64,000 bases of DNA from Naegleria gruberi (Eukaryota). Positions 39,263 to 50,106 of the stretch are shown one piece after another (the stretch's first letter is position 1; the number at the start of each line of letters is the position of its first letter). Below the pieces are notes generated by a model. That model did no database searches. It saw only the letters and a list, made by a program, of their open reading frames with translations, and was not told the origin of the DNA. Both the position numbers and the translations under genes were made by a program. The stretch lies in assembly GCA_000004985.1 (NCBI GenBank), contig GG738853.1; one strand, written 5' to 3'.

Positions 39263-39824
39263 ACAAGCACCAATTTTTTTCAACAAGTCTTTACCACAGT
39301 AGCATAATTTGAACTAATCTTGATATCTCTTAATAATAAAAAACTTCTCTTCATGTTCCACTACAATCCCTCCTCACAAACCATCAACCTTCCAGTAGTA
39401 ACATCACAATGAAAATTAAACTGTTTATCTCAATCGACAAATTCATAGAGAATCTCTTCAACAAATTTCTCAAACTCTTTTCAAGTCCCCACCTCTCTGA
39501 GGAAAACGAGAAATTAATTTGTACATCGTGATGGCTGTTTTGGTCCGAAAAAAATCCTCACTCACAACTCTCTCTCACGCAGCACACGGAGGCAGTAGAA
39601 GACGAAGTTAGTTCTTCTTTTTTGAATTTCCCCCTTTGGTCTATTTGCCGTTACATCATCATACCCCCAAAAGACAACATCTTTTTGTTTTTTATATATA
39701 TTTAATATAACTACTCGACTACTAATACTGCTACTAGTTTGATAAGCTAAGAAGAATTGTACATTTTCTCCATAATATAATATCGTCATCTTTTAAACCC
39801 GAATAATATTTACATCATCATACA

Positions 39825-39901
39825 ATGACAACCGTTCCAAATATTGCTTCATCATCCCATAAACAACCATATAATGTTTTGGGTCTCGGACAGCCTTTAC
39901 T
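39825..39901 (+). CDS. pfkB-family kinase (adenosine-kinase-like), exon 1
   Basis: ATG at 39825. Translation is MTTVPNIASSSHKQPYNVLGLGQPL followed by CT, with a GTAAGT donor at 39902. Confidence 0.6.
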
Positions 39902-40010
39902 GTAAGTATTAATACTTTGCAAAGTAGTAGAATGAATTTGTGGTTTATTTCAATGCCATATCATGATATGTTATTATACAATGGCAACAATAACATTATT
40001 AAAATCAAAG

Positions 40011-41454
40011 TGACAAGATGTTCTTTGTCACTGAACAAACTCTTCAAGCTCTCGGTATTAAAGAAAAAGGTGGTTCACAACTCATTGAAACTCAACAAGA
40101 ATTAGAAGCATTTTTACAAAAACTTTCAGAATTACTTCAATATGACTGTAATCATTGTTTAGATCACCCAAATATATCTCCTAGTGGAAATAATATGTTT
40201 ACCAACTCTTCCGTGAAATCAGGAGTTAAAATTCCAAATGGAACACCAACAAAAGATAGTAATAATCATTTGATTGCTGCATATTCACCAAAGACAGCTA
40301 ATTTCCATCGTAGTTTGAGTCAATATCCACGTGGTTATATCTGTAGTGGTGGTTCTTGTTGTAATACAATTAAGGGAATGTCTGGATTGGGAGAATCATG
40401 TGCTCTTGTCGGAAAGATTGGTAATGATCCACTTGGTGTTCTTTACAGAAACCACTTGACTAAACGTCACGTATTCCCACTCATGTCTATGTCACCTCTT
40501 ACTAGAACAGGAGAAGTCATTTGTCTTATTACTCCTGACGGCCAACGTACCATGAGAGCCTTCTTGGGTTCATCATTGGAAATGACTGCTGATGATTTAG
40601 TTCCAAGTGATTTCCAAGGAATTAAATTATTACACGTAGAAGGTTATGCCATTTATAATCAACCATTAACATTGAGAGCTATTCAATTAGCTAAAAATGC
40701 TGGTGCTATGATTAGTTTCGATTTGGGAAGCTTTGAATTGGCTAGAGGATTTAAACCATTGATTTTGGAATATCTTTCCAATTATGTGGATATTGTTTTT
40801 TGTAACTCTGAGGAAGCTCGTGAATTACTTGGATATGAGGATGCAGAAGGAGCTGTTGATTATTTGGCAAGTTTCTGTCGTGTAGCTATTGTAATGATGG
40901 GCAAGGATGGTTGTTGGGTCAAGGAAGGAACCACATCAGGTAAAACATCAGGGAAAGGAGAAAAATATAGACACCAATTGTCTGAGGAAGAAGTTGTTTT
41001 ACACCCATTGGATACAACTGGTGCTGGTGACTTGTTTGCTGCTGGCTTTTTGTATGGATATATTCAAGGATATAGTATGGAACAATGTGCTCGTTTAGGT
41101 AGCTTGAATGCTCGTGAAGTTGTTCAAGTTATGGGCGCAGAAGTTCCAGCTGATAAATTCAAGGAAATTAAGGGTGGTGTTAATAAGGATTTCCGTGTAC
41201 GATCATCAAGTAATGCTGGTACTGGTAAATCAGTTCCAATTAGAAAGAAGGAAGGTACAAGTGCTAGTTCCTCATTAGCTGGTAGTTTTGAAGAATTCAA
41301 ACATCAAAAGATTGGAAGTGCTAATTTTGAATATGAAATTGCATTTGAACATGATGAAGAATATGAAGAATATGAAGAAGAAGAAACAGAAGAAGATTTG
41401 GATGATTTGGATGAAACCGATTCAAAGAATGATGCCTTGTTTGCCCTCGAATAA
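40011..41454 (+). CDS. pfkB-family kinase (adenosine-kinase-like), exon 2
   Basis: Acceptor aaaatcaaag| at 40010. The junction gives GLGQPLLDK (compare the adenosine kinase N-terminus GMGNPLLD). A di-Gly region (GGSCCNTIKGMSGLGESCALVGKIGNDPLG) and the pfkB signature DTTGAGDLFAAGFLYG are present. The protein ends in an acidic Glu/Asp tail. Confidence 0.65.
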
Positions 41455-41535
41455 TTTCCTCCAACAAAAATTAATTATTAAATAAAATAAAAAGTAAATA
41501 ATTTAAATTCAAATGTAAATCACAATTTAAAAAAA

Positions 41536-41781
41536 ATGATACCAGTCAATAACAGCTTTTTGCAAAAGCTCATCAATATGGGCATTTCCGTTCTGAAGAA
41601 GGAAGCAGCAAATAGATTGGCTGCAAATCAAAAATTTCAAGAATTTGTCCACAAGACTGAAACACAAAAAGTGAACATGACCAAACCTGAAAATATAGGG
41701 AAGGTGAAGGATTTCGGAGGACACTTTTTTACTGAATTAAAAACCATCTTGAGAGAGATGAATCCTTTTGCTAGAAAATAA
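41536..41781 (+). CDS. small hypothetical protein (81 aa)
   Basis: Real ATG after an A-run, clean 81-codon ORF in AT-rich intergenic DNA. No recognisable family. Confidence 0.25.
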   Translation: MIPVNNSFLQKLINMGISVLKKEAANRLAANQKFQEFVHKTETQKVNMTKPENIGKVKDFGGHFFTELKTILREMNPFARK

Positions 41782-42070
41782 TTATATTGTCACACAGTCA
41801 CGTAAAATTATTATCGAACGGAAATTGTTGGATGTAGTAGCATCAGTAAATTAGAAATTATTTGTCTCCTGTGATGAGAACAATAAAGTTAAATAATCGG
41901 AAGGTTGGTTTAATTAATTTGGAATGATAGATAGTTTGCACATCACTCTATCATTTTAATCTTAATATTCCTTCCACAAGTAATAATGGAAATTATAGAT
42001 TATCATATCTCATTAGTAATGTCTAATTTCTTGTTCGCAATTATCAAGCTCTTCTTGGTAATTAATCCAT

Positions 42071-42612
42071 TTAATGTGTTGCTGCTTTATTCTTGTTTTC
42101 TTTCCTCTTTCTTTTCCAAACATTGAACTTTTTCTTAATGCTGTGAATCCAATCGACGATAACTTCTGCAATTAATCCAATCATGATAGATTCAAACCCA
42201 AGTCCAATAATAGCAAAGAACATGAAGAATATCTTGCCTCCTTGAGTTGTAGGATAGAAATCACCATATCCAATTGTTGCCAAGGTCACAAAGACATACC
42301 ACGCAGATTCATTATAAGTCCATCCTTCGAGTGCCATCATAATTGCAGCACAAGTAAAGGCATAGGCCAACCAGAAAAATGTATAGTATCCTAATTGAAC
42401 TGATGAACTGAAAAGAATTCTATAAACCAAATCAGTTTTCTTCATTTTCACGTCTGTTTTCCTTATGAGTCCAACAAGTGCGTAAATTCCCATAGAAATT
42501 AACAAGAGAATGTTCTTTACAAATCCTGTAGTGGTTTTACCTACTGTTACAAGCAAGGTACCCATAATTGCAATACCAATTAATCCAAAGAAACCAATAT
42601 AAATTCTGCCAC
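42071..42612 (-). CDS. two-pore-domain K+ channel (K2P-like), exon 2 (M2, M3, pore 2, M4)
   Basis: Acceptor ..tttgacag| at 42613; the intron is 92 nt. The junction gives TIGYGDMAASTRGRIYIGFFGLIGIAIMG (compare K2P [28 protein letters not shown]). Second filter: FVTLATIGYGDFYPTT. An alternative GTATTT donor at 42700 with the aacag acceptor at 42621 gives ...STRNLTGGRIY. Confidence 0.6.
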
Positions 42613-42704
42613 CTGTCAAACTGTTAAGAATTAAATGTAAAATTAATACATACCAGCTGTTTTGTAAAATTGTCATCCCTAACTTTAAACTATGAAATAC
42701 TTAC

Positions 42705-43368
42705 GAGTTGAAGCTGCCATATCACCATAACCAATTGTAGTAAATGTCACAAGACAATAGTAAACAGAATTTCCATATGTCCACTTATCCAATCTCACCA
42801 AAGTACCATTTTCAACTAAGGTCGACCCGTTATTTCGAATTCTCTCCAAATATTCATTTCCACCTTCAATTGCCCAAATAGGCAAAGCAGAAAGCAATAA
42901 AAATCCAATAATTAAAAGCGTCATGCCAAGTAAAATTCCAACATTTGTTAAACCTTCTCGATAATGATAAGTGGCATATTTATCCTGAGCGTGATACTTT
43001 TTAAATCTTCTCTCCACAAACTCGAATGTAAAATCAGCCACTCTCAACTTTTTTTCTTTCATCTGATCTTTCAGACCATCATCTGGATCAAAATTATCAA
43101 TCACAGCTTTAAACATTGCATAATTCTCTTCATTCAATTCATAACTTTGCAAGAATTGTTTTTCTCCCAATTCTTCCTCATTCACCACACAATAATATCC
43201 ATCACTACCACCATTACCATTATCATTACCATCACCAATATTATTCTTATTCTTATTAGTATCATCATCTTCAATGGAATTTGTATTCTGATGATCCTTC
43301 AATTCAACATTCTGATCATCTTGCTGAGTTGTTGATCCATCCAACCCACCCGACATTGATCCATCCAT
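42705..43368 (-). CDS. two-pore-domain K+ channel (K2P-like), exon 1 (N-rich cytosolic N-terminus, M1, pore 1)
   Basis: First selectivity filter CLVTFTTIGYGDMAAST. The exon ends at ACT C with a GTAAGT donor at 42704. Confidence 0.6.
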
Positions 43369-43929
43369 AATTGTTTAAACTGTTTTTTCTCAATTTATCT
43401 TTTACCGAAAAATGATGAAAAAAAACCTCAGTAAGCCAGAGTTTGATGTTTTTCTATTTTTTTTGGTTTGTTGAGAGCGGGAATCTAAAGCTGAGTTTGT
43501 GGGATTTTGAAGAGTTTCGGAAGCAATTCAATTGGTTGAGTAGAAGGGTTGGTTCCTTGGCAGTGATTCGTTTTGCATGTTCATGGGGTGATTTTAGTTT
43601 ACAATGTTTTTTATCCGCTATTAATTAGGAAAAGTCCGAAATGTTTGCTGATTTCTGTTCTCTAATTTTGTAAAATGTCTACAGTAAAAGCTTCAAAATA
43701 CAGGTTTTGATTCGTCCTAAGTGAAATTAATAATTAGTTTCGAATTTTGTTACAATAATTCCTATTACTTATTAGAAATAATTCAATGCTGTGTTCGGTT
43801 TTTAATCGGAAATATTTTTGACGGAAACTGTATTTTAATCAAGTTAACACACTTAATAACGGAAAGAGAAAAGTTTCGAACGATTTCGAATAACAAACCA
43901 CATATTCCACCAACATTGGTATTGCTAGT

Positions 43930-45357
43930 ATGTTGCTATACTGTAGCTTGTTACATCTCTTGCAAAGATCATCACAATATTTCCCACAAATATTTAATAT
44001 TTTAAAATGGGAATCAAAAGAAGCAAGTGGTCACCTTGAAAGGTATTCGAATTGTAAAAACCACCAATTTAAACCAATAAAAAAAAACAATGCCTCCAAA
44101 CAAACAACTTGTCAGCTTCTTGCTGTACTACTCTTGGTTTCGCTCTTTAATTTTTCCCTTTTCACAGCAGGAGCAGCAACGCAAAGTTCAATGGTCAATT
44201 TACCAATTTCTTCATCATTGACATTGTCAACTACACCATTTCTTCACAATCATTATAAGAATCGTCATTCACTTGTAATTACATTGGAAGAACAAGTTAA
44301 TGCTTTAATCCAAAATGAAAAGATTATTCATCTTCCTGCATCAATTTTTCAATTCGCCACAGATGGCAATTTTTGGCAGACATATGGTAATTTGGTTATT
44401 GTGATTATTGTACTTTCAGTGTTTATTCTGTTTTTGGTATGTCTTGTGCTGCCAATGATTTTGAGTTGTGGTGCCTTGTGGATTTTTAAATGTTGCCTTC
44501 ATTCGGCTAATTTAGGACCTCGTGAAGAGAGTGAACTAATTGACCAACAGTATTCACGTCTTGCGCAGGTTACTCTTGATCCAGGATGGAAAACTCGTGT
44601 CAGGTATAGACTATTCGATGTCAATTTTACAGATTGTGCTATTTTAATATTTTGGTTATTGTTTTGGCCATTTAGAAAACTTAGTTGTGGAATATTTGAC
44701 AGTTGTTTCATATTGAGAATGACAAGATTCAATGTAAGAAGAATGAGGGTTGGAAACAGAAGGTTGGATTTGCATATTTCAGACGCATGTTGCACCATCC
44801 CATTCATTCACTTTTTAAATAATTTTTGTAATTTTTACACGTTTGGATTGTGGAGAGCACTTGGACTCTATCATCGATTCTATCTTTCAAGAATTGATGA
44901 AAGAATTTATTGGAAACCAATCGAAAATGATGGAAGATATGAATCACAAGTAGTGTGGCAAAACTTTTCAGAAAAAAACTCATTCAGATGGTTTAGTATT
45001 TATTGTGGTTTGTATACAGAATTGCTGTATTGGTTTTTGAAAGTTATCAATGTTTTCGCTTTATTCCTCCTTGGACCATTCATTGAGGCATGGTATATAA
45101 GAAAACGAGTTCAGTATTCCAAATTTGGTGGAGTTGGATCATTTGCAGTGTACAGTAATGGATCTTTACAAGCATTGGTTGCGAATTCTCCAAAGGTTTT
45201 GACCCTGTCCAATTCAATCAGTGGATGTTCCTATTTTACAAGAATTTTAATTTATAGATTGTTGAATTTAATTACTCTGGGAATATTTGGATGCGTTGTT
45301 GGTGGAGATCGATATTTTCTTGGATTTATCGATGAGCATTTGTATCTATCAATGTAA
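43930..45357 (+). CDS. hypothetical aromatic- and Cys-rich multi-pass membrane protein; start uncertain (ATG at 43930 or 44191)
   Basis: A 475-codon ORF is statistically unlikely by chance in AT-rich DNA. Several hydrophobic helices are visible (NLVIVIIVLSVFILFLVCLVLPMILS; FALFLLGPFIEAWYI). No family recognised. Confidence 0.3.
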   Translation: MLLYCSLLHLLQRSSQYFPQIFNILKWESKEASGHLERYSNCKNHQFKPIKKNNASKQTTCQLLAVLLLVSLFNFSLFTAGAATQSSMVNLPISSSLTLSTTPFLHNHYKNRHSLVITLEEQVNALIQNEKIIHLPASIFQFATDGNFWQTYGNLVIVIIVLSVFILFLVCLVLPMILSCGALWIFKCCLHSANLGPREESELIDQQYSRLAQVTLDPGWKTRVRYRLFDVNFTDCAILIFWLLFWPFRKLSCGIFDSCFILRMTRFNVRRMRVGNRRLDLHISDACCTIPFIHFLNNFCNFYTFGLWRALGLYHRFYLSRIDERIYWKPIENDGRYESQVVWQNFSEKNSFRWFSIYCGLYTELLYWFLKVINVFALFLLGPFIEAWYIRKRVQYSKFGGVGSFAVYSNGSLQALVANSPKVLTLSNSISGCSYFTRILIYRLLNLITLGIFGCVVGGDRYFLGFIDEHLYLSM

Positions 45358-45553
45358 TTAGTATTTCAAAGGTTACTTGGAATACGAAACTATCCTAAAC
45401 TACCTTTTATTGTAACTGATAAATCAATTAGCAATATAGAATAGTTAGGGAGGAATTCTTCTGGAGCAGTTATGGAGCTTGATTATTGGTCAAGAAGAGC
45501 TTGAACCATTTATAAAACCTTTCAATTCACTGGAGTGTTGGATCATTACGAAT

Positions 45554-46681
45554 TCAGAATGTTATGAATGAAAGATCGTAAAATGTTGAATTACTCAATT
45601 GACGTCTAAGTAGTGAAAAGAAAAATATTTCTTCTGGAGATTTAGCAACTGTGAAAGTTTTTCTATAGATATAGCCATGCCAAGGACCACATACAATAAT
45701 TTCCTGTTCATCATTAATTGCTTCTTGTGGAATTTGAGCAATACAAAAATGAGTATCCGTTTTTACACCAGTTGACACACTAGTACAGTACACATCTTTG
45801 AATGGCCCCTCAATTTGAATACGTTGAAATTCTTTTACTGGACCAGACGCTCCAACCGATAATCCACATTGATTACTAGAATTTAGACCTCGACAGAATA
45901 TTTGGCCATCTTCCAATAGTAGAGCAATGTGAGCAAATCCTGTATCAATCTTTTTGATTTCACAAGTGAACGATAATTTAAGCTCTTTCGTTTGGTACGC
46001 GTTTCCTTCGTTCATAAATCCAAATCCAATATTTCTAATGAACAATCTATTGTTTTTTAAGAGAATGAATTGGGCTGTACCATTTGAGCAACAAGAAAAT
46101 TGTTTCACTTGGTAATCAGGAAGTGGGAATCCGATGTCGAATGCTTCAGTATCAACTTCTTTTTCATAAATAGTTCCATCAATTGTCTGAACTAACCAAC
46201 AGGTTGACATGATTCCACTTCCAACACAATGAATTAATGAACTGTGCGAGATAAAGAATTTGTTCATTTTCAATGCTTGAGTATCGAATTCAAACAAAGA
46301 TCCGTCCATCATTTCAAATAATATGAATCTTGCATTATTTGAAACAACTCTCTTCATCAATTGACCTCTTTTACAGTTGCTCAACTCGGGTAACAGTGAA
46401 CTAAACTTCATTTTCTCTCCCATTATCACAAAATATTCACTCTCCTCTCCTTCAAACAGAAACATTGAATAATTAGGGGCTTGATTACTTCCACCACAAC
46501 AAATATACGAAACTCGTATTAATTCATTTGCTTCAATCTCGGAAGGAGAAAAATTATTTTCTGGATGAGGAAATATTAAAGGCCTAATTTCCACAACATC
46601 CCATTCGTATTCAATCCCATCTGTCCACACTTTAGAGTCATTAAATTTTGTGTGGGATTTCATTCCGAAGGCTTTGATCAT
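45554..46681 (-). CDS. hypothetical protein with possible RCC1-like repeats
   Basis: 375 aa with a real [30 protein letters not shown] resembles the RCC1 repeat signature (H.AL..DG.V...G.N..GQLG). Confidence 0.4.
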   Translation of the reverse strand: MIKAFGMKSHTKFNDSKVWTDGIEYEWDVVEIRPLIFPHPENNFSPSEIEANELIRVSYICCGGSNQAPNYSMFLFEGEESEYFVIMGEKMKFSSLLPELSNCKRGQLMKRVVSNNARFILFEMMDGSLFEFDTQALKMNKFFISHSSLIHCVGSGIMSTCWLVQTIDGTIYEKEVDTEAFDIGFPLPDYQVKQFSCCSNGTAQFILLKNNRLFIRNIGFGFMNEGNAYQTKELKLSFTCEIKKIDTGFAHIALLLEDGQIFCRGLNSSNQCGLSVGASGPVKEFQRIQIEGPFKDVYCTSVSTGVKTDTHFCIAQIPQEAINDEQEIIVCGPWHGYIYRKTFTVAKSPEEIFFFSLLRRQLSNSTFYDLSFITF

Positions 46682-46755
46682 TTTTTTTGTTTTTGTTAAT
46701 TAAAGAGTTAATAAATTTTTGGCGCCAAAATTTTGAAAAAATCAATACAGAAAAA

Positions 46756-47342
46756 ATGGCTCAAAAGATGAAAGAGTGTTTGAGGGAACCTCAGTTGAGC
46801 ACAACTGATCAACAATTTGGTGAGCAAGGCTTTGAAAGGTTTGATGTAGAGTTTTTTGGTGAGAATGAAGTTTCGGAGAGGGCTTTTGAGGAATTATTCG
46901 AAGATGATTTGGATATGAGTGAGAATAATTCAATGATTTCTTCATTCCCTGTATCCGATCAGCACCAAGAAGATGAGAAAGGAAAGCAAGCCATTGCAGA
47001 AGAAGAACAGCAAGAACCATTGGAAACAAGAAGGCATGGAGAGATTGTCACTCAACCAAAGAATAATCAGATCGGGTTAAAGACAAGGTTATTATATGCT
47101 CAGAAGGCTCCTAGAAAATCTATCAAACAATTTCCTCAGAAGGCCCCAAAGAAATCAATTAATTGCAGAGGGAAACCTGTGAAGAAGCCTCGAAAGTGGA
47201 AGAAAGGTACAGTAGCTTTGAGAGAAATCAAAAAGTATCAGAAAGGAGTCGAATTGTTAATTCCTAAAGCTAATTTTGTTAGGCTTGTGAGAGAAATTGC
47301 AAACTCTAAGAGACAAGATGATCCTCTCAGATTCAGTGCAGA
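46756..47342 (+). CDS. cenH3: centromeric histone H3 variant (CenH3/CENP-A-like), exon 1: ~150-aa divergent N-terminal tail plus alphaN, alpha1 and loop 1
   Basis: [52 protein letters not shown] aligns to H3 [50 protein letters not shown], with a 2-residue longer loop 1. The track start at 46687 is not an ATG; the first ATG is at 46756. A GTAAGT donor follows at 47343, phase 2. Confidence 0.7.
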
Positions 47343-47385
47343 GTAAGTTTCTAATTATTATAATATCCTATAATGAGTTATGAAG

Positions 47386-47455
47386 TGCCTTGTTAGCTCT
47401 GCAAGAAGCTGCAGAACATTACCTTGTAAATTTGCTTGAGGACTCTTATTTGTGT
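47386..47455 (+). CDS. cenH3: CenH3-like histone, exon 2 (alpha2)
   Basis: Acceptor ..ttatgaag| at 47385. Translation is DALLALQEAAEHYLVNLLEDSYLC (compare H3 [24 protein letters not shown]). A GTAAGT donor follows at 47456. Confidence 0.7.
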
Positions 47456-47503
47456 GTAAGTTTTTCTAAATTATTAAAATAATTTCTTAATGATCCTTCT
47501 TAG

Positions 47504-47575
47504 GCTCTTCATGCAGGTAGAGTAACATTGATGAAAAAAGATATTCAACTCATAAAAAGATTATTGGGCTTGTAG
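47504..47575 (+). CDS. cenH3: CenH3-like histone, exon 3 (alpha3, stop)
   Basis: Acceptor ..ccttcttag| at 47503. Translation is ALHAGRVTLMKKDIQLIKRLLGL* (compare H3 [25 protein letters not shown]). Confidence 0.7.
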   Translation, partial: ALHAGRVTLMKKDIQLIKRLLGL

Positions 47576-47576
47576 T

Positions 47577-48941
47577 TTACTTTCTGGATGAAAGACAAAC
47601 AAGACCATAATCGCCACTATATCTCCAATTGCTGACAGTTTCCTTGACGCTATTAAACTTTTCCATATCCTTAATACCAATCAGTGAGTAACTCTTAATT
47701 GTTCTCAAACTGCAAATACCATTCTTGGCAGGGAAATATTGCAAAGTTTGATTAAAATCTTGTTCGATTGGCAATTTGGCATCATTGATTGTTCTTCTAT
47801 AGTTTGCATCTCCCTTGATGAAAATAAATTCAAAGTCATTTCTCAATTCATTGGCCAAATCTTGTGGTATTTGGGTATATTCGAGTGGAGAAGTAAAGAA
47901 GGTATGCTTTTTGAATTTCCATTGTTGATTATCAATATATTGAGAGAATCGCTTGCCATATTCACCAATAATACCTTCATGATCTACGAATCGTGAGATA
48001 GTTTGTTGGAAATCTCTTTCAGTAACATCACTCACAAAGACTGGTTGATATTTACCAAAGAATGTAACACTGTCAATAAAGTCCAATCTCAATAAGGTAT
48101 CAGCCATGAACATGTCACTCACAAGTTCTAAACCAACATTATCAAGAATGATGGCCAAATGTCTTGTTCCCTTCTCCTTCAATTTGATATTGTCCAAAAT
48201 TTTAACAACCTCTGTCAAATCATTTGACAAGATATTTTCCTCTAAACTCTTCTTAAACTTTTCGGTATGATTTTGAAGTCCAGTTGACAAGCTTAAATCG
48301 GCTTGATTTCCCCACAAACTCAATACAATACTTTCTCTCACAAGACTCAATATCTTATCTCCTTCGGTTGGCAATTCACTCAACAGCTCACAAAATTGTT
48401 GAGCGACAGTCTTTTCAGACTTGGAGTTAAAAACAACATCTAAAGACTTTTTCTTTTGATTACCGAAAGGATCCCATCTCAACAATGGTGAATCAGCTTT
48501 CCAAAATTCAGTAATATCCAAAATCAATCTATAAAAGTAATTCTCCACGAAGAACCAAGTCATTTCCAACCAATTTTTATCCTCAACACCAAACATCTTT
48601 TCATATTTGGCCCAATTTTCCAAATCAGCCCTCACATTCTCATCATCAACAGCTTGATCAGCCTTTAGAGAAATTCTCAACTTGGTACAAACATCTCCTT
48701 CAACTAATTCCTCTTCCAATGCTTTTAACTTGTGCAATATTTCGGGATGTTGTTGTAGTAACTGTTCCTCCTTGTTGGATTCAATCATGGATTGAAGAAT
48801 CTTTGGCAAACGTTCAATGATGGAAATGTAGGTAAAACCTCCATCCATGCCGATCAATGGTTTCCCATCATCATTATGATTTTCCCATGAGAGTAGATGT
48901 TCACGATCGGAAGGTGAAAGACGATGTTGTTGTGTTGCCAT
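47577..48941 (-). CDS. ARMT1: ARMT1/C6orf211-like damage-control phosphatase (DUF89 family)
   Basis: 454 aa with a real ATG. Co-linear matches to human ARMT1: GGFTYISIIERLPKIL / GSFAYLTIKDRIPQIL; WFFVENYFYRLI / WLLVECYMYRRI; LSLWGNQADLSLS / ISLWGNKCDLSLS; DNVGLELVSDMFMAD / DNSGFELVTDLILAD; FFGKYQPVFVSDVT / FYGKTIPWFVSDTT; FIKGDANYRR / LFKGDLNYRK. Confidence 0.75.
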   Translation of the reverse strand: MATQQHRLSPSDREHLLSWENHNDDGKPLIGMDGGFTYISIIERLPKILQSMIESNKEEQLLQQHPEILHKLKALEEELVEGDVCTKLRISLKADQAVDDENVRADLENWAKYEKMFGVEDKNWLEMTWFFVENYFYRLILDITEFWKADSPLLRWDPFGNQKKKSLDVVFNSKSEKTVAQQFCELLSELPTEGDKILSLVRESIVLSLWGNQADLSLSTGLQNHTEKFKKSLEENILSNDLTEVVKILDNIKLKEKGTRHLAIILDNVGLELVSDMFMADTLLRLDFIDSVTFFGKYQPVFVSDVTERDFQQTISRFVDHEGIIGEYGKRFSQYIDNQQWKFKKHTFFTSPLEYTQIPQDLANELRNDFEFIFIKGDANYRRTINDAKLPIEQDFNQTLQYFPAKNGICSLRTIKSYSLIGIKDMEKFNSVKETVSNWRYSGDYGLVCLSSRK

Positions 48942-48996
48942 TTTTTTTGTATTATTTTAATATTTAAATAGTTAATATTTATAAATATATTTAATA

Positions 48997-49575
48997 TTAA
49001 TTTTTGGATAAAATCTTCACTGGTCGATTATTCTCCTTCTTTCTTGGACACGCATATCGTGTAACAATCTTAAATTCATGAGTAAATTCCTTCTTAAAAG
49101 TCTTTTTACTCGTTCCAATGTAAAATCCCTTAAATTCTGAATCCTCATCACAAACCAGGAAACATTTGGCTCCATGTAATTCACCTGCCAAACTCACAAA
49201 CATATCAAATTCAACAATGACTCCATTTTGAATATGTTTAGGATCGAAAAGTGAAATTCTGGGTCCAGGTTTTCCAATACCAAAACATCGATCAAAATAA
49301 TTGTCAATGAAAGCAATTTGAAATTGTCCTTGATTGGTGGTGGCATAGCATGAGGCATTGGTGGAAGTTACTGGCTTACACAAATTAAGCATGTAATAAT
49401 TTCCTGGCAAGTGAAGAGTGTCAATAATTTTGTGGCCAGTGGTGCCATTGTCAGCTTTGGAAAAATCAATGATCATTCCATCCTTTTCAATGAAACAATT
49501 CTGAGAGAAGACAGTTGTGGAGATGAAGATGAGTAATATGCAGAAAGAACAGATGAATAAGTGTGAGAAATGCAT
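48997..49575 (-). CDS. secretory-pathway protein with a mannose-6-phosphate-receptor-homology (MRH)-like domain (Atg27/M6PR-like); tentative
   Basis: 192 aa with a real ATG. The N-terminus is a signal peptide (MHFSHLFICSFCILLIFISTTVFS). The Cys spacing and YYMLNLCKPV...C...QGQFQIAFID...FG...GP......GVIVEF...C.LVCDED...RYAC pattern resemble MRH domains. Basic C-terminal tail. Confidence 0.35.
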   Translation of the reverse strand: MHFSHLFICSFCILLIFISTTVFSQNCFIEKDGMIIDFSKADNGTTGHKIIDTLHLPGNYYMLNLCKPVTSTNASCYATTNQGQFQIAFIDNYFDRCFGIGKPGPRISLFDPKHIQNGVIVEFDMFVSLAGELHGAKCFLVCDEDSEFKGFYIGTSKKTFKKEFTHEFKIVTRYACPRKKENNRPVKILSKN

Positions 49576-50046
49576 GCTTTTTTTTTCAGTTTTTGAGTAT
49601 GAGATCCATGGATCTGCTGAAACGTTCGCTTCTTTCGAATGTAATTGCTACTTGCCAAATTTAAAAGATTTTGGATTCAATGGACGAGCTGCATTAGAAA
49701 GTTTACCAATCATATTATAATCAATGTAAATAATTGATTACAATGAGTAATTGGTTGCAGTTAGAAAGAGAATAAGTTTTTGAGTTTCATCTTGATGGAC
49801 TTTTTCTTTTTGAAAAGCTGGTTATGGGACATACTTGTGACTTTCGAACAGGAGAAAATATGAGGTTGTGATGGTGTTAACACTAACTGTTCCAATGTTG
49901 TTGAATTTCTATTCTTTTTGAATAAATTCAGTTTAGACGAAGATCTATTCGAAACATTGGGCGAGAAGAAATCCATTCCCTTACTCGTTCCAATTCTCAA
50001 TTTCAAAATAATATCCATTAAATTTGAAATATCTTTTGCAATATTT

Positions 50047-50106
50047 TGATCTTTGGNNNNNNNNNNNNNNNNNNNNNNNNNNNNNNNNNNNNNNNNNNNN
50101 NNNNNN
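50047..50106. other. assembly gap (60 N)
   Basis: Run of n. Confidence 1.

Noticed and set aside
1-50046. CRISPR arrays, rRNA genes, and transposon termini or LTRs
   Set aside because: No regularly spaced direct repeats with unique spacers, no rDNA-like conserved blocks, and no long terminal or inverted repeats were seen. The only sizeable repeats are coding tandem units (EGF units, GAA tract) and the gap-flanked duplicate island.
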